Source: a phage. From it: a stretch of DNA of 64,000 bases. Below are positions 28,891 through 37,581 of the stretch, in pieces. A model generated the notes under the pieces. The model saw nothing but the letters and a program-made list of their open reading frames with translations. It made no database searches and was not told the DNA's origin. Numbering within the stretch: the stretch's first letter is position 1; each line of letters opens with the position of its first letter. The translations under genes were made by a program, and so were the position numbers. Where the stretch lies: NCBI GenBank assembly GCA_011911785.1, contig GCA_011911785.1_4084.1; one strand, given 5' to 3'.

Positions 28891-29112
28891 ATGGCTAATA
28901 TCACTACTCTTTCCCAACTTGAAGCACTGGTTAAATCTATGCGGGAACATGCCGACAATATCGGCGTAAAAGATCCAGCCGTTTGCTTCTGCGACGAATT
29001 GAATGATGATACATTGGTAATAGCAGAAGTCCAGGACGTTTCTAACTATTCATCGCGTTACACTGGCGGCGTAGCAAATAAAGGTGACTTCTGTTTATAC
29101 CTTACAAAATAA
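28891..29112 (+). CDS. Hypothetical small early protein (73 aa)
   Basis: Track start 28861 lies inside the leader hairpin; RBS GAGGA. Confidence 0.55.
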   Translation: MANITTLSQLEALVKSMREHADNIGVKDPAVCFCDELNDDTLVIAEVQDVSNYSSRYTGGVANKGDFCLYLTK

Positions 29113-29116
29113 CAAC

Positions 29117-29146
29117 GAGGGGATCAATTGATCCCCTTTCTTTTTT
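29117..29146 (+). terminator. Intrinsic terminator GGGGATC-aatt-GATCCCC + T-run
   Basis: Read directly. Confidence 0.75.
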
Positions 29147-29230
29147 CAGTACTGAATCATTTAATAGACGGATCTATGCACCCGGTGGGTTAGAGACTGT
29201 TTCGTCTTTATGTAGTAATTATACAGTACT
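29147..29230. repeat. ~80-bp repeat element (copy 3)
   Basis: Aligns with 25567-25646 and 25786-25868. Confidence 0.5.
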
Positions 29231-29357
29231 GGATGCAGTTGTCAAGAACTATTTTTCAAATACTTTTATATTAATGTACTATACAATAGTTTTTAAACGC
29301 GTATAATGTTTTACATCTAGTCGGGAATACTCCCTAGTACTAACAAAGGATATACAA

Positions 29358-29657
29358 ATGAAAACTGCAATCATCGCCCTGGCTTTATCTGTTTCCTCTT
29401 TCGCTGTTAATGCGTCGTTAGATGTACCTGGTGATAAATTCATTCAGTGCACCGTAGCAATGACCGATGAAAGTACTGGCGAGATTGTTTTAAAGGATCT
29501 GGAATTACAGCCAGAAGCATTTAAAAACGGGCCGTTCCATGAAGAAGACGAAAACGGTAGCACAACAATTTATTATGATGCAAAGAAAAAACGCGGTTCG
29601 GTCACTGTTATGGATACTGAGAAAGTAACGCATACAGGCGTTATTAACTGCCTATAA
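29358..29657 (+). CDS. Small secreted protein with signal peptide (99 aa)
   Basis: N-terminus MKTAIIALALSVSSFAVNA. Confidence 0.55.
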   Translation: MKTAIIALALSVSSFAVNASLDVPGDKFIQCTVAMTDESTGEIVLKDLELQPEAFKNGPFHEEDENGSTTIYYDAKKKRGSVTVMDTEKVTHTGVINCL

Positions 29658-29677
29658 TACATCAGTACTGAATCACT

Positions 29678-29705
29678 AGCCCACTATAAGCAGTGGGCTT
29701 TTTTG
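29678..29705 (+). terminator. Intrinsic terminator AGCCCACT-ataagc-AGTGGGCT + T-run
   Basis: Read directly; same module at 30408. Confidence 0.75.
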
Positions 29706-29752
29706 TAGTATCGTAGTACTGGAATACTTTGAAAATAGTTTTAAAAAAGTAG

Positions 29753-29780
29753 TTGACATTACCGCAAAAAGGCGTAGAAT
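29753..29780 (+). promoter_or_regulatory. Early promoter TTGACA-16-TAGAAT with ~120-nt leader
   Basis: Leader is a diverged copy of the 27808-type element. Confidence 0.5.
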
Positions 29781-29903
29781 GTATTACATCAAGACGGGGA
29801 ACACTAAGTAGACCGCCAGTAAGTCGAACGAAAAACTGGACACGTCGAGAAAACTTTGATACACTAACTAACGTAAACTAAACTTTAATTGAGGAATTAC
29901 ATA

Positions 29904-30386
29904 ATGGCTAACGTAAAATCATTCATCAAAGCACTGGTAGCAAATGAAACTAACGTAGCGGCAGAGATCCTGGCCGAACTGGATAGCGATACCATGAAAG
30001 CAGTACGCAACAATTTTAACATTGCGTACAGCGAAGCGAAAGAACTGCAAGCTAATAAAGCGGCAGCACTTGAAGCTGAGAAGGCAGCACGCGAAGCTGA
30101 ATTGCAGAAAACGATTGAAGATATTAACGCCGCCGTCGCTGGGCTTGATCTGGAAGTAGTTACCGAAATGGCACGTAAAGCCCTGGCAGCGAAATACGGG
30201 GAAGACAAGCCAGAAGTAAAAGCTAAAAAATGGATTCAGGAACGCGTGACGGTAGTACTGGATAACGGCGAGGAATACACTGTACCAGTACGCGGTAACT
30301 GCATTGCGGTAGTACTGGATGCTATCAAAGAAAGCGGATTGACTCGCGAGGAATGGATCGAAGCTCATCGCAAAGTTGAAGCATAA
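29904..30386 (+). CDS. Hypothetical Ala/Lys/Glu-rich protein (160 aa)
   Basis: RBS GAGGA; track start 29889 rejected. Confidence 0.55.
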   Translation: MANVKSFIKALVANETNVAAEILAELDSDTMKAVRNNFNIAYSEAKELQANKAAALEAEKAAREAELQKTIEDINAAVAGLDLEVVTEMARKALAAKYGEDKPEVKAKKWIQERVTVVLDNGEEYTVPVRGNCIAVVLDAIKESGLTREEWIEAHRKVEA

Positions 30387-30407
30387 CAATTAAAGTACTG
30401 AATCACT

Positions 30408-30435
30408 AGCCCACCTTAAACAGTGGGCTTTTTTG
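30408..30435 (+). terminator. Intrinsic terminator AGCCCAC..GTGGGCT + T-run
   Basis: Read directly. Confidence 0.7.
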
Positions 30436-30661
30436 TGTCTATCGTTTACCAGGCCAGCAGCACCGCCTAGAATCGATTCTAACGCATTAAACTGATTATC
30501 TGATGCATCGCCCTAGCTGGTGGCGTTAAGGTCGTTAGAATGCGATTGAGGACGTTTAAAGTATTTTGCAAAAAGTAATAAAAAGTACTTGCACGATTAA
30601 GAGATTAGCGTATAATTAATTTCATCAAGGCGAGACACCTTAACTAACTGAGGATATAAAG

Positions 30662-30814
30662 ATGAATACTTATGAACTGGATTGTTTCACTTTACAAGTA
30701 ATGTCAGTATGCAGCAAGAAAGATTGGTCATCAAAGGAATTTAAAGCAGTTATCGCGTGTGCAAAACACGGCAAGACTATCAATGAAACGGCATCAATCA
30801 TTGATAAACTTTAA
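30662..30814 (+). CDS. Hypothetical small protein (50 aa), not in ORF track
   Basis: Promoter CTTGCA-17-TATAAT upstream; RBS GAGGA; hand-translated. Confidence 0.4.
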   Translation: MNTYELDCFTLQVMSVCSKKDWSSKEFKAVIACAKHGKTINETASIIDKL

Positions 30815-30885
30815 AAAATAGTTTGACAATAGTTTTAAGTACTGACATAATACATACATCAACTACTGAATAGGAATTAAAAAAA

Positions 30886-31113
30886 ATGGCTATCGTAATC
30901 ACTCGCGTAACTGGTACTACTGGCAATTCTTCTACTGTTGCTGTAATTACTAACAAGAAAGGTGCGGAACTACATTTTGCAATGTATAACTGGTCAGTTG
31001 ATGAGTTTGGTCAGTACGCTAGTGTAGAATACATTGAAACCTATCAAGTGCCGTCGATTAGTTTAACTGATTTGGGCGTTGAGCGTATCCTTTGCCTGGA
31101 TGAATTAAATTAA
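30886..31113 (+). CDS. Hypothetical small early protein (75 aa)
   Basis: Promoter TTGACA-17-CATAAT upstream. Confidence 0.55.
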   Translation: MAIVITRVTGTTGNSSTVAVITNKKGAELHFAMYNWSVDEFGQYASVEYIETYQVPSISLTDLGVERILCLDELN

Positions 31114-31198
31114 AAAAGTACTTGCAAAGTAAAACGAATAAAGTATAATACATTACATCAAGGGGAGAAATGGTTCTCCCCACTAAGAGGAAACGAAA

Positions 31199-31342
31199 AT
31201 GAAAACTTGTCAATGTGGTAAAAAATCTATTACTGGTTTAAAGCGGGGCGTTGCTCTTTGTCAGTATCACTATAATGCTCAAGTATGGGGTAAAGAGTGG
31301 GCCGACCAGGTTGAAGCAGTAAAGAAAGCAAAAAGTAAGTAA
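31199..31342 (+). CDS. Small Cys-rich protein (47 aa), not in ORF track
   Basis: Promoter + GGGGAGAA hairpin + RBS GAGGAAA; CQCG..CQYH. Confidence 0.4.
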   Translation: MKTCQCGKKSITGLKRGVALCQYHYNAQVWGKEWADQVEAVKKAKSK

Positions 31343-31433
31343 AATTATTATCACAGTACTATTGACATAGATTGATAGTACTGGCATAATAGATTTTATC
31401 AAGACAACACATATTAATTTAAGGAATACTAAA

Positions 31434-31646
31434 ATGGCTATCATTATTAAAAACAAAGTTAACAAGACTATCGTTAAACTGGCAGAAGTGAAAGAAGGTT
31501 ATAAAGTATCTTGGGAGGGTTTTTATAGGATGTTCACAGATATAGACGATGCAATCAAGTACTACACTGATACGGTTGCTGACTTTGTTCGTTCTGATGT
31601 AGTAATGGCAGTTGCACAACATAAAGCATCGAAAGAAAGTAAGTAA
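31434..31646 (+). CDS. Hypothetical small early protein (70 aa)
   Basis: Upstream cassette 31345-31433 duplicated at 31647-31737. Confidence 0.55.
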   Translation: MAIIIKNKVNKTIVKLAEVKEGYKVSWEGFYRMFTDIDDAIKYYTDTVADFVRSDVVMAVAQHKASKESK

Positions 31647-31737
31647 AAATATTATCACAGTACTATTGACATAGTTTGATAGTACTGGCATAATAGATTT
31701 TATCAAGACAACACATATTAATTTAAGGAATACTAAA

Positions 31738-32061
31738 ATGGCTAAAACTATCATTAACACCGTATCCCTGGCTGCAATCCGTGCAATCAATGTTGACGGT
31801 AAACGTTGGACTGATTCATATGGCAATACTTATCATTCTTGTCATGTAAGCGTTGAACTGGATAACGGTGTGAATGATCTGGCGGTTGAATCATTTACTT
31901 ATGGCTATGAAGATGCATATCAACAAACGGCGTTATCTCTCTTAAAGGAATCAGTAGATGGGCTTGATACTGTTGAAACCTCCCTTAATCGTTTGTGCAA
32001 TGATTTGTCTATCCCGTTGCATTGTACTGTACAGAATGTTAAACGCAAAAAAGATCTTTAA
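31738..32061 (+). CDS. Hypothetical small early protein (107 aa); paralog of 37670-37993
   Basis: Shared RWTDSxGNTYHSC..FTYGY. Confidence 0.55.
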   Translation: MAKTIINTVSLAAIRAINVDGKRWTDSYGNTYHSCHVSVELDNGVNDLAVESFTYGYEDAYQQTALSLLKESVDGLDTVETSLNRLCNDLSIPLHCTVQNVKRKKDL

Positions 32062-32141
32062 TTAGCTTTACTTTATGCAGATACTTTGATATAGTGTCTG
32101 CATAGGGGAAAGAAATTAAATTAACTTAAGAGGATAGTATA

Positions 32142-32411
32142 ATGAAAAATATCAGTACTTTAATCGATGCAGGTACGCATGTTCGTCGGTCTATGGTTGC
32201 AACCAGTACTACAAAACAAGTACCAAGCGGTTATCTTGTATTTGTACACGATGGAAAACTCCTGGAACGTTCAATCAATTTTGATGTTAAGAACAATTGT
32301 CGTTTTATTATCTTTAAGCGTGAACAATATAAAATTGATTTGCCAGCGAAGCCCATTAGCGGGGCGTACAACGTGCAATCATTGTTTGAGCGTCAACCAT
32401 ACACCTATTAA
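32142..32411 (+). CDS. Hypothetical small early protein (89 aa)
   Basis: RBS AAGAGGA; inverted repeat TGCAGATACT/AGTGTCTGCA upstream. Confidence 0.5.
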   Translation: MKNISTLIDAGTHVRRSMVATSTTKQVPSGYLVFVHDGKLLERSINFDVKNNCRFIIFKREQYKIDLPAKPISGAYNVQSLFERQPYTY

Positions 32412-32462
32412 TCAAAACATCGTTAGCGGTCGATTTAGGCCGCTAATATTGAGGATAATACC

Positions 32463-32633
32463 ATGAACGTTAATCAAGTACTGAATGAAGTTGAAAGCAT
32501 CATTAAACCTATGCAGCGTAGCGATGCTATTCCTACACCGGAAGAATGCAGACTATACGAACAATACAGCGTAGAACAAGCCCAGGCGATGGCCCGTATT
32601 CGTCCGGTTGCTAGTACTGATAAGGCGGTGTAA
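32463..32633 (+). CDS. Hypothetical small protein (56 aa), not in ORF track
   Basis: RBS GAGGA; coupled to next gene (TAATATG). Confidence 0.4.
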   Translation: MNVNQVLNEVESIIKPMQRSDAIPTPEECRLYEQYSVEQAQAMARIRPVASTDKAV

Positions 32634-32634
32634 T

Positions 32635-32844
32635 ATGCTTACTGTACAGGATAAGATCGACATCTTAAAGGTTAATATGTATGTGATTGATGCCGTACCT
32701 GGTAAAGTATTTGCATACGATGATTCTAATCGTAGTCCTTTCTATTGTAGTCATGTAGTTGGATACGTGCCGTTGGCGTATGTTATCGAAAGAGTGGTTG
32801 ATGCAGCATACAATCATTTTTTAGAAAATAATACTTGCAATTAG
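32635..32844 (+). CDS. Hypothetical small early protein (69 aa)
   Basis: Track start 32608 rejected. Confidence 0.5.
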   Translation: MLTVQDKIDILKVNMYVIDAVPGKVFAYDDSNRSPFYCSHVVGYVPLAYVIERVVDAAYNHFLENNTCN

Positions 32845-32913
32845 TTTTCAGTACTGTATAATTGTTTACATAGAGGGGGGAAATGGTTCTCCCCTGATAC
32901 TAGGAGAATCAAA

Positions 32914-33066
32914 ATGAAACAATACAACGCTCGGTTTGATGTTACTATCGGCAACGGCAAAGGTCAATTTTCTTTCAGTACTCGTCGCAGTTATACAGAA
33001 AACTTCCTGCGTAATTGTGCATTGACCGCCGCACAAATTAAACATTACTTCCAGGCTAAAAAATGA
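32914..33066 (+). CDS. Hypothetical small protein (50 aa), not in ORF track
   Basis: Promoter + hairpin + RBS AGGAG. Confidence 0.4.
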   Translation: MKQYNARFDVTIGNGKGQFSFSTRRSYTENFLRNCALTAAQIKHYFQAKK

Positions 33067-33152
33067 AATCATTGGCTTATTACAGTTCGGCGGTGATCGG
33101 TGCATTGATCGCGGCATTGTTAGTAACCTATCTATTCTTTGTGGTGATTTAA
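33063..33152 (+). CDS. Tiny hydrophobic peptide (29 aa)
   Basis: ATGA overlap with upstream stop; single TM-like segment. Confidence 0.25.
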   Translation: MKSLAYYSSAVIGALIAALLVTYLFFVVI

Positions 33153-33290
33153 ATGAATCCTAACGGTTTAATTTACAGTGCTCCTAAAACGAAAGCAGAT
33201 AAAGCGAAAGCACGTAAAGCGAAAGTAAAGGAGTACATCAAGCAAGGCATGACGCGAAAAGCAGCAGTACTAAAAGCTAAAAATAAATGA
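33153..33290 (+). CDS. Small Lys-rich basic protein (45 aa)
   Basis: TAAATG overlap; hand-translated. Confidence 0.3.
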   Translation: MNPNGLIYSAPKTKADKAKARKAKVKEYIKQGMTRKAAVLKAKNK

Positions 33291-33295
33291 AAAAA

Positions 33296-33329
33296 GTGGT
33301 TGACTTCGGTCAGCCATTTTGCTATTATA
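33296..33329 (+). promoter_or_regulatory. Type-A terminator/promoter cassette
   Basis: GTGGTTGACTTCGGTCAGCCA hairpin; -10 TATTAT; 13-nt motif follows at 33353. Confidence 0.55.
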
Positions 33330-33409
33330 TATTCATTGAGAGATAGCTCACTAGCCCACCGGGTGCGGAAGTGTAAATAAAATATATCAATCTAATAAGG
33401 AGTACTACA

Positions 33410-33592
33410 ATGTTTAAACCAATCGAACTAGCGGCATCACATATCATCGGTAAACCTGCCGTTATCATACGCCAGGAAGACGTAAACCTATGGATCATCT
33501 ATGTAGACATGAAAGAGATTGAGCGTCACGATGATTTCAAATCAGCGTCAATTGCGTATGATATGGCGTTATGTGAGTATCAAAGAGATTAA
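33410..33592 (+). CDS. Hypothetical small early protein (60 aa)
   Basis: RBS AAGGAG. Confidence 0.5.
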   Translation: MFKPIELAASHIIGKPAVIIRQEDVNLWIIYVDMKEIERHDDFKSASIAYDMALCEYQRD

Positions 33593-33691
33593 AAGTATTT
33601 TGCAAAAAGTACTTGCATTGTACTTAGAATCAAGTATAATGTTTTACATAGCAAGGGGAAACGGTTTCCCCTGGTAATAAGGAAACGAATC

Positions 33692-34033
33692 ATGACTATC
33701 TCAATTGCTCAATCTAACTTTGAAAACGAAATCATCGCCCAGGCACTGCGTTTAAATGATGGTCGGGCCGAAATTAATTACGGTTTCAATTCAGGCGGTT
33801 GTGAAAACTATCAGTACTTTGTAACGGCTGATGGCGGTGTCCTGGGAATCAATACAGTTATTGTAAACATTCAGAAAATTAATTTCAATGATCCAGACGA
33901 TAGCCAGTTTTACATTGTCGGCGTAGACGTGAACTATGAGGATGACTCACTAACTGATGATTGCACTGGTGAGAAGTTAGAAAGTGCATACGGTGAAGAT
34001 GATTATCAGTCCGGTCCAGAAGATTTCGAATAA
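33692..34033 (+). CDS. Hypothetical acidic protein (113 aa)
   Basis: Promoter cassette; RBS AAGGAAA. Confidence 0.55.
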   Translation: MTISIAQSNFENEIIAQALRLNDGRAEINYGFNSGGCENYQYFVTADGGVLGINTVIVNIQKINFNDPDDSQFYIVGVDVNYEDDSLTDDCTGEKLESAYGEDDYQSGPEDFE

Positions 34034-34128
34034 TATTAAAAAATAGTTTGACAATAGATTATAGTACTGTATAATAGTTTACATCAAGGGGAGAATAGTT
34101 CTCCCCACTAACAGAGAGAGAAAACAAA

Positions 34129-34341
34129 ATGGCTAATATCCGGTCGAAATTGAAAAATGCAAAACAAGTTTTATTTTCAGACCATGAATACTTTAATAAA
34201 GATATTACAGGAGTTACAAGTATCAAGGAAGTAAAAGAAAAAACTGGCGTTTTGTGTGATGTGCGATTGGTTGGAACATTTGGGAATAACGTGCTATATC
34301 GATGCGGTGATTATAACTTTACATTAACCATTATCGATTAA
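34129..34341 (+). CDS. Hypothetical small early protein (70 aa)
   Basis: Promoter TTGACA..TGTATAAT + hairpin upstream. Confidence 0.55.
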   Translation: MANIRSKLKNAKQVLFSDHEYFNKDITGVTSIKEVKEKTGVLCDVRLVGTFGNNVLYRCGDYNFTLTIID

Positions 34342-34423
34342 AAATATTATCACAGTACTATTGACAAAGATTGATAGTACTGGCATAATAGATTTTATCA
34401 ACTACACTACTAAGGAATTAAAA

Positions 34424-34603
34424 ATGGCTATCATCGCAAAAACTGAAATCGTTGGTCTGGATTCTATCATCATGACGTTTGAAGATCAAAAAGGGATGTA
34501 TGTAGTTTCCTATGGTGATTATGTTCGGGAGTATGAAACGGTAGACGAAGCCTTTGAAAGTTACATTCGCCAGGTGAATAAAGCATACGACGACTACCGC
34601 TAA
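34424..34603 (+). CDS. Hypothetical small early protein (59 aa)
   Basis: Upstream cassette shared with 31434 and 31738; track start 34361 rejected. Confidence 0.5.
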   Translation: MAIIAKTEIVGLDSIIMTFEDQKGMYVVSYGDYVREYETVDEAFESYIRQVNKAYDDYR

Positions 34604-34702
34604 AATATATTACCAGTACTATTAAAGATATTGACATAGTTTGATAGTACTGTATAATAAGTTTTATCAACAGTAGTTAACTTAACCTAAGAGAGAAAGA
34701 AA

Positions 34703-34846
34703 ATGATCGCACTGGATTCATTCATCGAAGCAGTACTGGCAAAAACTGGCGAAGATCTGACCGCAGAACAATACGCAATGATCGAACAATGCCAGCAAGA
34801 CGGTAAATCGGTGAAAGATACTGTTAAGATTATCCGCAAGATGTAA
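34703..34846 (+). CDS. Hypothetical small protein (47 aa), not in ORF track
   Basis: Promoter + RBS AGAGAGAAAG; terminator follows. Confidence 0.4.
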   Translation: MIALDSFIEAVLAKTGEDLTAEQYAMIEQCQQDGKSVKDTVKIIRKM

Positions 34847-34852
34847 GATTAT

Positions 34853-34882
34853 AGCCCACTGGTTAACGCTGGTGGGCTTTTT
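34853..34882 (+). terminator. Intrinsic terminator AGCCCAC..GTGGGCT + TTTT
   Basis: Read directly. Confidence 0.65.
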
Positions 34883-35024
34883 AGTATATACCTATCCGAT
34901 AGTACTACAAAATAGATTAGCTCGTTAGAATGCGTTTGAGAGCGTTTAAATAAGTACTAAAAAGTAATTGACAGTACTGAAAGATAGTATATAATATTTT
35001 ATATCTTAACTGAGGATAGAAATC

Positions 35025-35381
35025 ATGGGAATACAACACATCACGCGTACTACTGACAATGGTGAGATCACTGGTTATCAAGTACAGGGAAAAGCGTCAC
35101 AATTGCAGTACTGGTTTGAAAAACGTGGATTGATTGCACCGGATCTTGATTATGACCGTGTAGCGTTTATTGATTCTCTTTATGTTGATTCTGCTAGTCG
35201 GGGTAATGGTGAAGGCACGGAATTGATGAACGCCTTTATTGATGCCGCCGATGATTCAGATTGTATCATTTTAGAATGCGATACGGGAGAAGATAACGCC
35301 TTTAATCTTAAAGAATGGTACGAAGGTTTCGGATTCGAAGTACTGATCGATAGTGAATATCCTATCATGATTTTATCGTAG
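35025..35381 (+). CDS. Putative GNAT-family N-acetyltransferase (118 aa)
   Basis: Motif A-like VDSASRGNGEGTELM and motif B-like NAFNLKEWYEGFGF. Confidence 0.5.
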   Translation: MGIQHITRTTDNGEITGYQVQGKASQLQYWFEKRGLIAPDLDYDRVAFIDSLYVDSASRGNGEGTELMNAFIDAADDSDCIILECDTGEDNAFNLKEWYEGFGFEVLIDSEYPIMILS

Positions 35382-35469
35382 TACTAAAAAGTAATTGACA
35401 GTACTGATAGATAGTGTATAATGTTTTACATGAAGGGGAAACATCTTCCCCTACTAAGAGGAAATGAAA

Positions 35470-35658
35470 ATGGAAAACTTATCAAGTATTTTAGTACAAG
35501 ATGAATACGGCAATCCAGGAAGTGCTATCATTGTTCGGGGTAATAAGGCAACGTTTGTTATTGCTGGTGGACCTGTACAGCGTAGCATTAAAAACAATGC
35601 CGTTACTATTAATAATGTACGCTATCGCTTAGATAAAGAATTGATTCACAAACTGTAA
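35470..35658 (+). CDS. Hypothetical small early protein (62 aa)
   Basis: RBS AAGAGGA 7 nt upstream; promoter + hairpin. Confidence 0.5.
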   Translation: MENLSSILVQDEYGNPGSAIIVRGNKATFVIAGGPVQRSIKNNAVTINNVRYRLDKELIHKL

Positions 35659-35685
35659 TATTAATTTAATAGAGGATAACAATAA

Positions 35686-36009
35686 ATGTACATTCATACT
35701 ACTATCACAAAGGAAGTCCGTTGCCAGTTCGAAAGTATTCCGGGCGTATGTTTCATCACTGGTACGTTTTCCCCTGGTGATCGTGATAATCCAGTACTGT
35801 TACAATTACGCCATCCATCATGGGATAAAGCATTTGATCTACCGTTGAATGAATTCGCAACTACTGCTGAAAAGTACATTAAAAATATTCGCGAGAATGA
35901 TCGACTATTCATTAATGCTTTTAGTGATTCCGCGTTAAGCGAGATCCACGGCGTATTGGTTGCAATCATGGAATCTATGCAGAAAACTAAATTCAAACAA
36001 GGTGAATAA
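35686..36009 (+). CDS. Hypothetical small early protein (107 aa)
   Basis: RBS AGAGGA. Confidence 0.55.
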   Translation: MYIHTTITKEVRCQFESIPGVCFITGTFSPGDRDNPVLLQLRHPSWDKAFDLPLNEFATTAEKYIKNIRENDRLFINAFSDSALSEIHGVLVAIMESMQKTKFKQGE

Positions 36010-36093
36010 AAACTATTGACAATGCAATCCAGTACTGTATAATAAGTTACATGAAGGGGAGAAATGATTCTCCCCAGTACTGAGGAAAGAAAA

Positions 36094-36306
36094 ATGCAAG
36101 GTCAACTAATCGTTCGTAAATGGTCTGATACTAACGAAAAACCGTGGGATGTACAATACATCGCCCCCAATGGTGAATCCAGATATCAACCAGGTGTAAC
36201 GCATAGTACTGAGCAATTCGCCGCCGCACACCGTGAACGCCTGTTACAATCCATGCAGCAAGGCTTCGGTGAAAAATTCATCCAAGATCATTGGCTGAAA
36301 GATTAA
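36094..36306 (+). CDS. Hypothetical small early protein (70 aa)
   Basis: Track start 36064 lies in the leader hairpin; RBS GAGGAAAG. Confidence 0.55.
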   Translation: MQGQLIVRKWSDTNEKPWDVQYIAPNGESRYQPGVTHSTEQFAAAHRERLLQSMQQGFGEKFIQDHWLKD

Positions 36307-36393
36307 AAAAGTACTTGTGAAGTACTTAGAATCAAGTATAATGTTTTACATAGAGAGGGGAATAGTTCCCCTCCTAACAAAAAGGAAAGTAAC

Positions 36394-36567
36394 ATGATCC
36401 AAGTAGAATTGACAGTACTGAAAGATCTGTTTTATCGGATGGGTACTACTGGCGAATATCCGAAAGGTGATACCGCAAAACTTTACGTATCGCTGGATGT
36501 ATGGCAACGCGAACAATTAGCAACGGCCTGGCGTAAAGGCAAAGCAGATCGCGAGGTGCAAGCATGA
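36394..36567 (+). CDS. Hypothetical small protein (57 aa), not in ORF track
   Basis: Promoter + hairpin + RBS AAAGGAAAG. Confidence 0.4.
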   Translation: MIQVELTVLKDLFYRMGTTGEYPKGDTAKLYVSLDVWQREQLATAWRKGKADREVQA

Positions 36568-36713
36568 AAGAATACTTATTCGAAGTTACATTTTTGGGGC
36601 AAGGTATGCACCAACTAGTAAGATCCAGCGGTTATAGTCTTAACCAGGCATGGAATAACTTAAAGAAAATGTACCCTAACGCTATCACATATCGCAACCC
36701 AAAAGAAGTTTAA
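36564..36713 (+). CDS. Hypothetical small protein (49 aa), not in ORF track
   Basis: ATGA overlap with upstream gene. Confidence 0.35.
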   Translation: MKEYLFEVTFLGQGMHQLVRSSGYSLNQAWNNLKKMYPNAITYRNPKEV

Positions 36714-36727
36714 AAATAATTGAAAAA

Positions 36728-36760
36728 GGGATTGACTCCGGTCAGTCCCTTTGCTATTAT
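36728..36760 (+). promoter_or_regulatory. Type-A terminator/promoter cassette
   Basis: GGGATTGACTCCGGTCAGTCCC hairpin; -10 TATTAT; motif GCCCACAGGGTGC at 36781. Confidence 0.6.
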
Positions 36761-36894
36761 ATACGCATAGAAACAAATCAGCCCACAGGGTGCATAAATG
36801 TATCTATTATATGCTGGTGGACGTATTATCTAGTACTGAAAACTATTATAAAAAAGTACTTGCATTGTACTTAGAATCAAGTATAATGTTTTAC

Positions 36895-36970
36895 ATCAGG
36901 ACGGGGAATGAAACAAGTAACCCCGTTAAGTAGTCCAGGAGTAAGACATAAGAAAACCTCCCCTGATAAA
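36895..36970 (+). other. Conserved ~76-nt structured leader element (copy 2)
   Basis: About 85% identical to 27808-27883; lies between promoter at 36858-36887 and promoter at 36976. Confidence 0.35.
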
Positions 36971-36975
36971 ATAGT

Positions 36976-37003
36976 TTGACAATAGAAAGTAAACGAGTAT
37001 AAT
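36976..37003 (+). promoter_or_regulatory. Early promoter TTGACA-16-TATAAT
   Basis: Read directly. Confidence 0.6.
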
Positions 37004-37035
37004 ACTTACATCAACCACTGATAAGGAAACATAAA

Positions 37036-37311
37036 ATGCGGATTCTACTGACAGCTAACGAAATCGAACAAGTACTGACTACTAACCTGCAAGACTGGAA
37101 ACGTGAAGCAGATATCCAGGCGGTTCAATGGCTTAACGATAAGTTAACGCCGGATGACTTAAGCAAGATTGTAGATCCTCAATTCTATGAAGATATTCAC
37201 GACACCGCGTTAAGCGTCGAGGATGTACTTGATAAGCACTACATTGATATTGATTTGCAGGTTTACGGTCGTAAAAACTTTATCACTATTCACGACATTT
37301 ACAATAATTAA
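37036..37311 (+). CDS. Hypothetical small early protein (91 aa)
   Basis: RBS AAGGAAA. Confidence 0.55.
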   Translation: MRILLTANEIEQVLTTNLQDWKREADIQAVQWLNDKLTPDDLSKIVDPQFYEDIHDTALSVEDVLDKHYIDIDLQVYGRKNFITIHDIYNN

Positions 37312-37314
37312 GTA

Positions 37315-37342
37315 TTGACAAAGTATCTTAGTACTGTATAAT
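37315..37342 (+). promoter_or_regulatory. Early promoter TTGACA-16-TGTATAAT; 5' stem-loop at 37357-37375; cassette duplicated at 37573-37640
   Basis: Read directly. Confidence 0.6.
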
Positions 37343-37398
37343 AGTTTACATCAAGTGAGGGGAATGGTTCCCCTCCTAACTAAAAGAGAGAAATAAAA

Positions 37399-37581
37399 AT
37401 GGCTAAGTGCACTATCTGTAAGAAAGAAATCGTATTAGTTCCAAGTGCCCGTGAACGTGCCGCTCGGTTCGGTGGCAAAGCGTCAGACTATACAAAAATG
37501 TTTACTACCCATGCAGATTGCCAGGTAGCAAAACGTTCACAAGAAAGCGTAGAATTAATGCGTAAACTTTCCAGAAAATAA
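37399..37581 (+). CDS. Small Cys-containing protein (60 aa)
   Basis: CTICKK..HADC; start ATGGCT. Confidence 0.5.
   Translation: MAKCTICKKEIVLVPSARERAARFGGKASDYTKMFTTHADCQVAKRSQESVELMRKLSRK

Noticed and set aside
32167-32466. Alternative-frame ORF overlapping 32142-32411
   Set aside because: Starts inside the better-supported gene, no RBS
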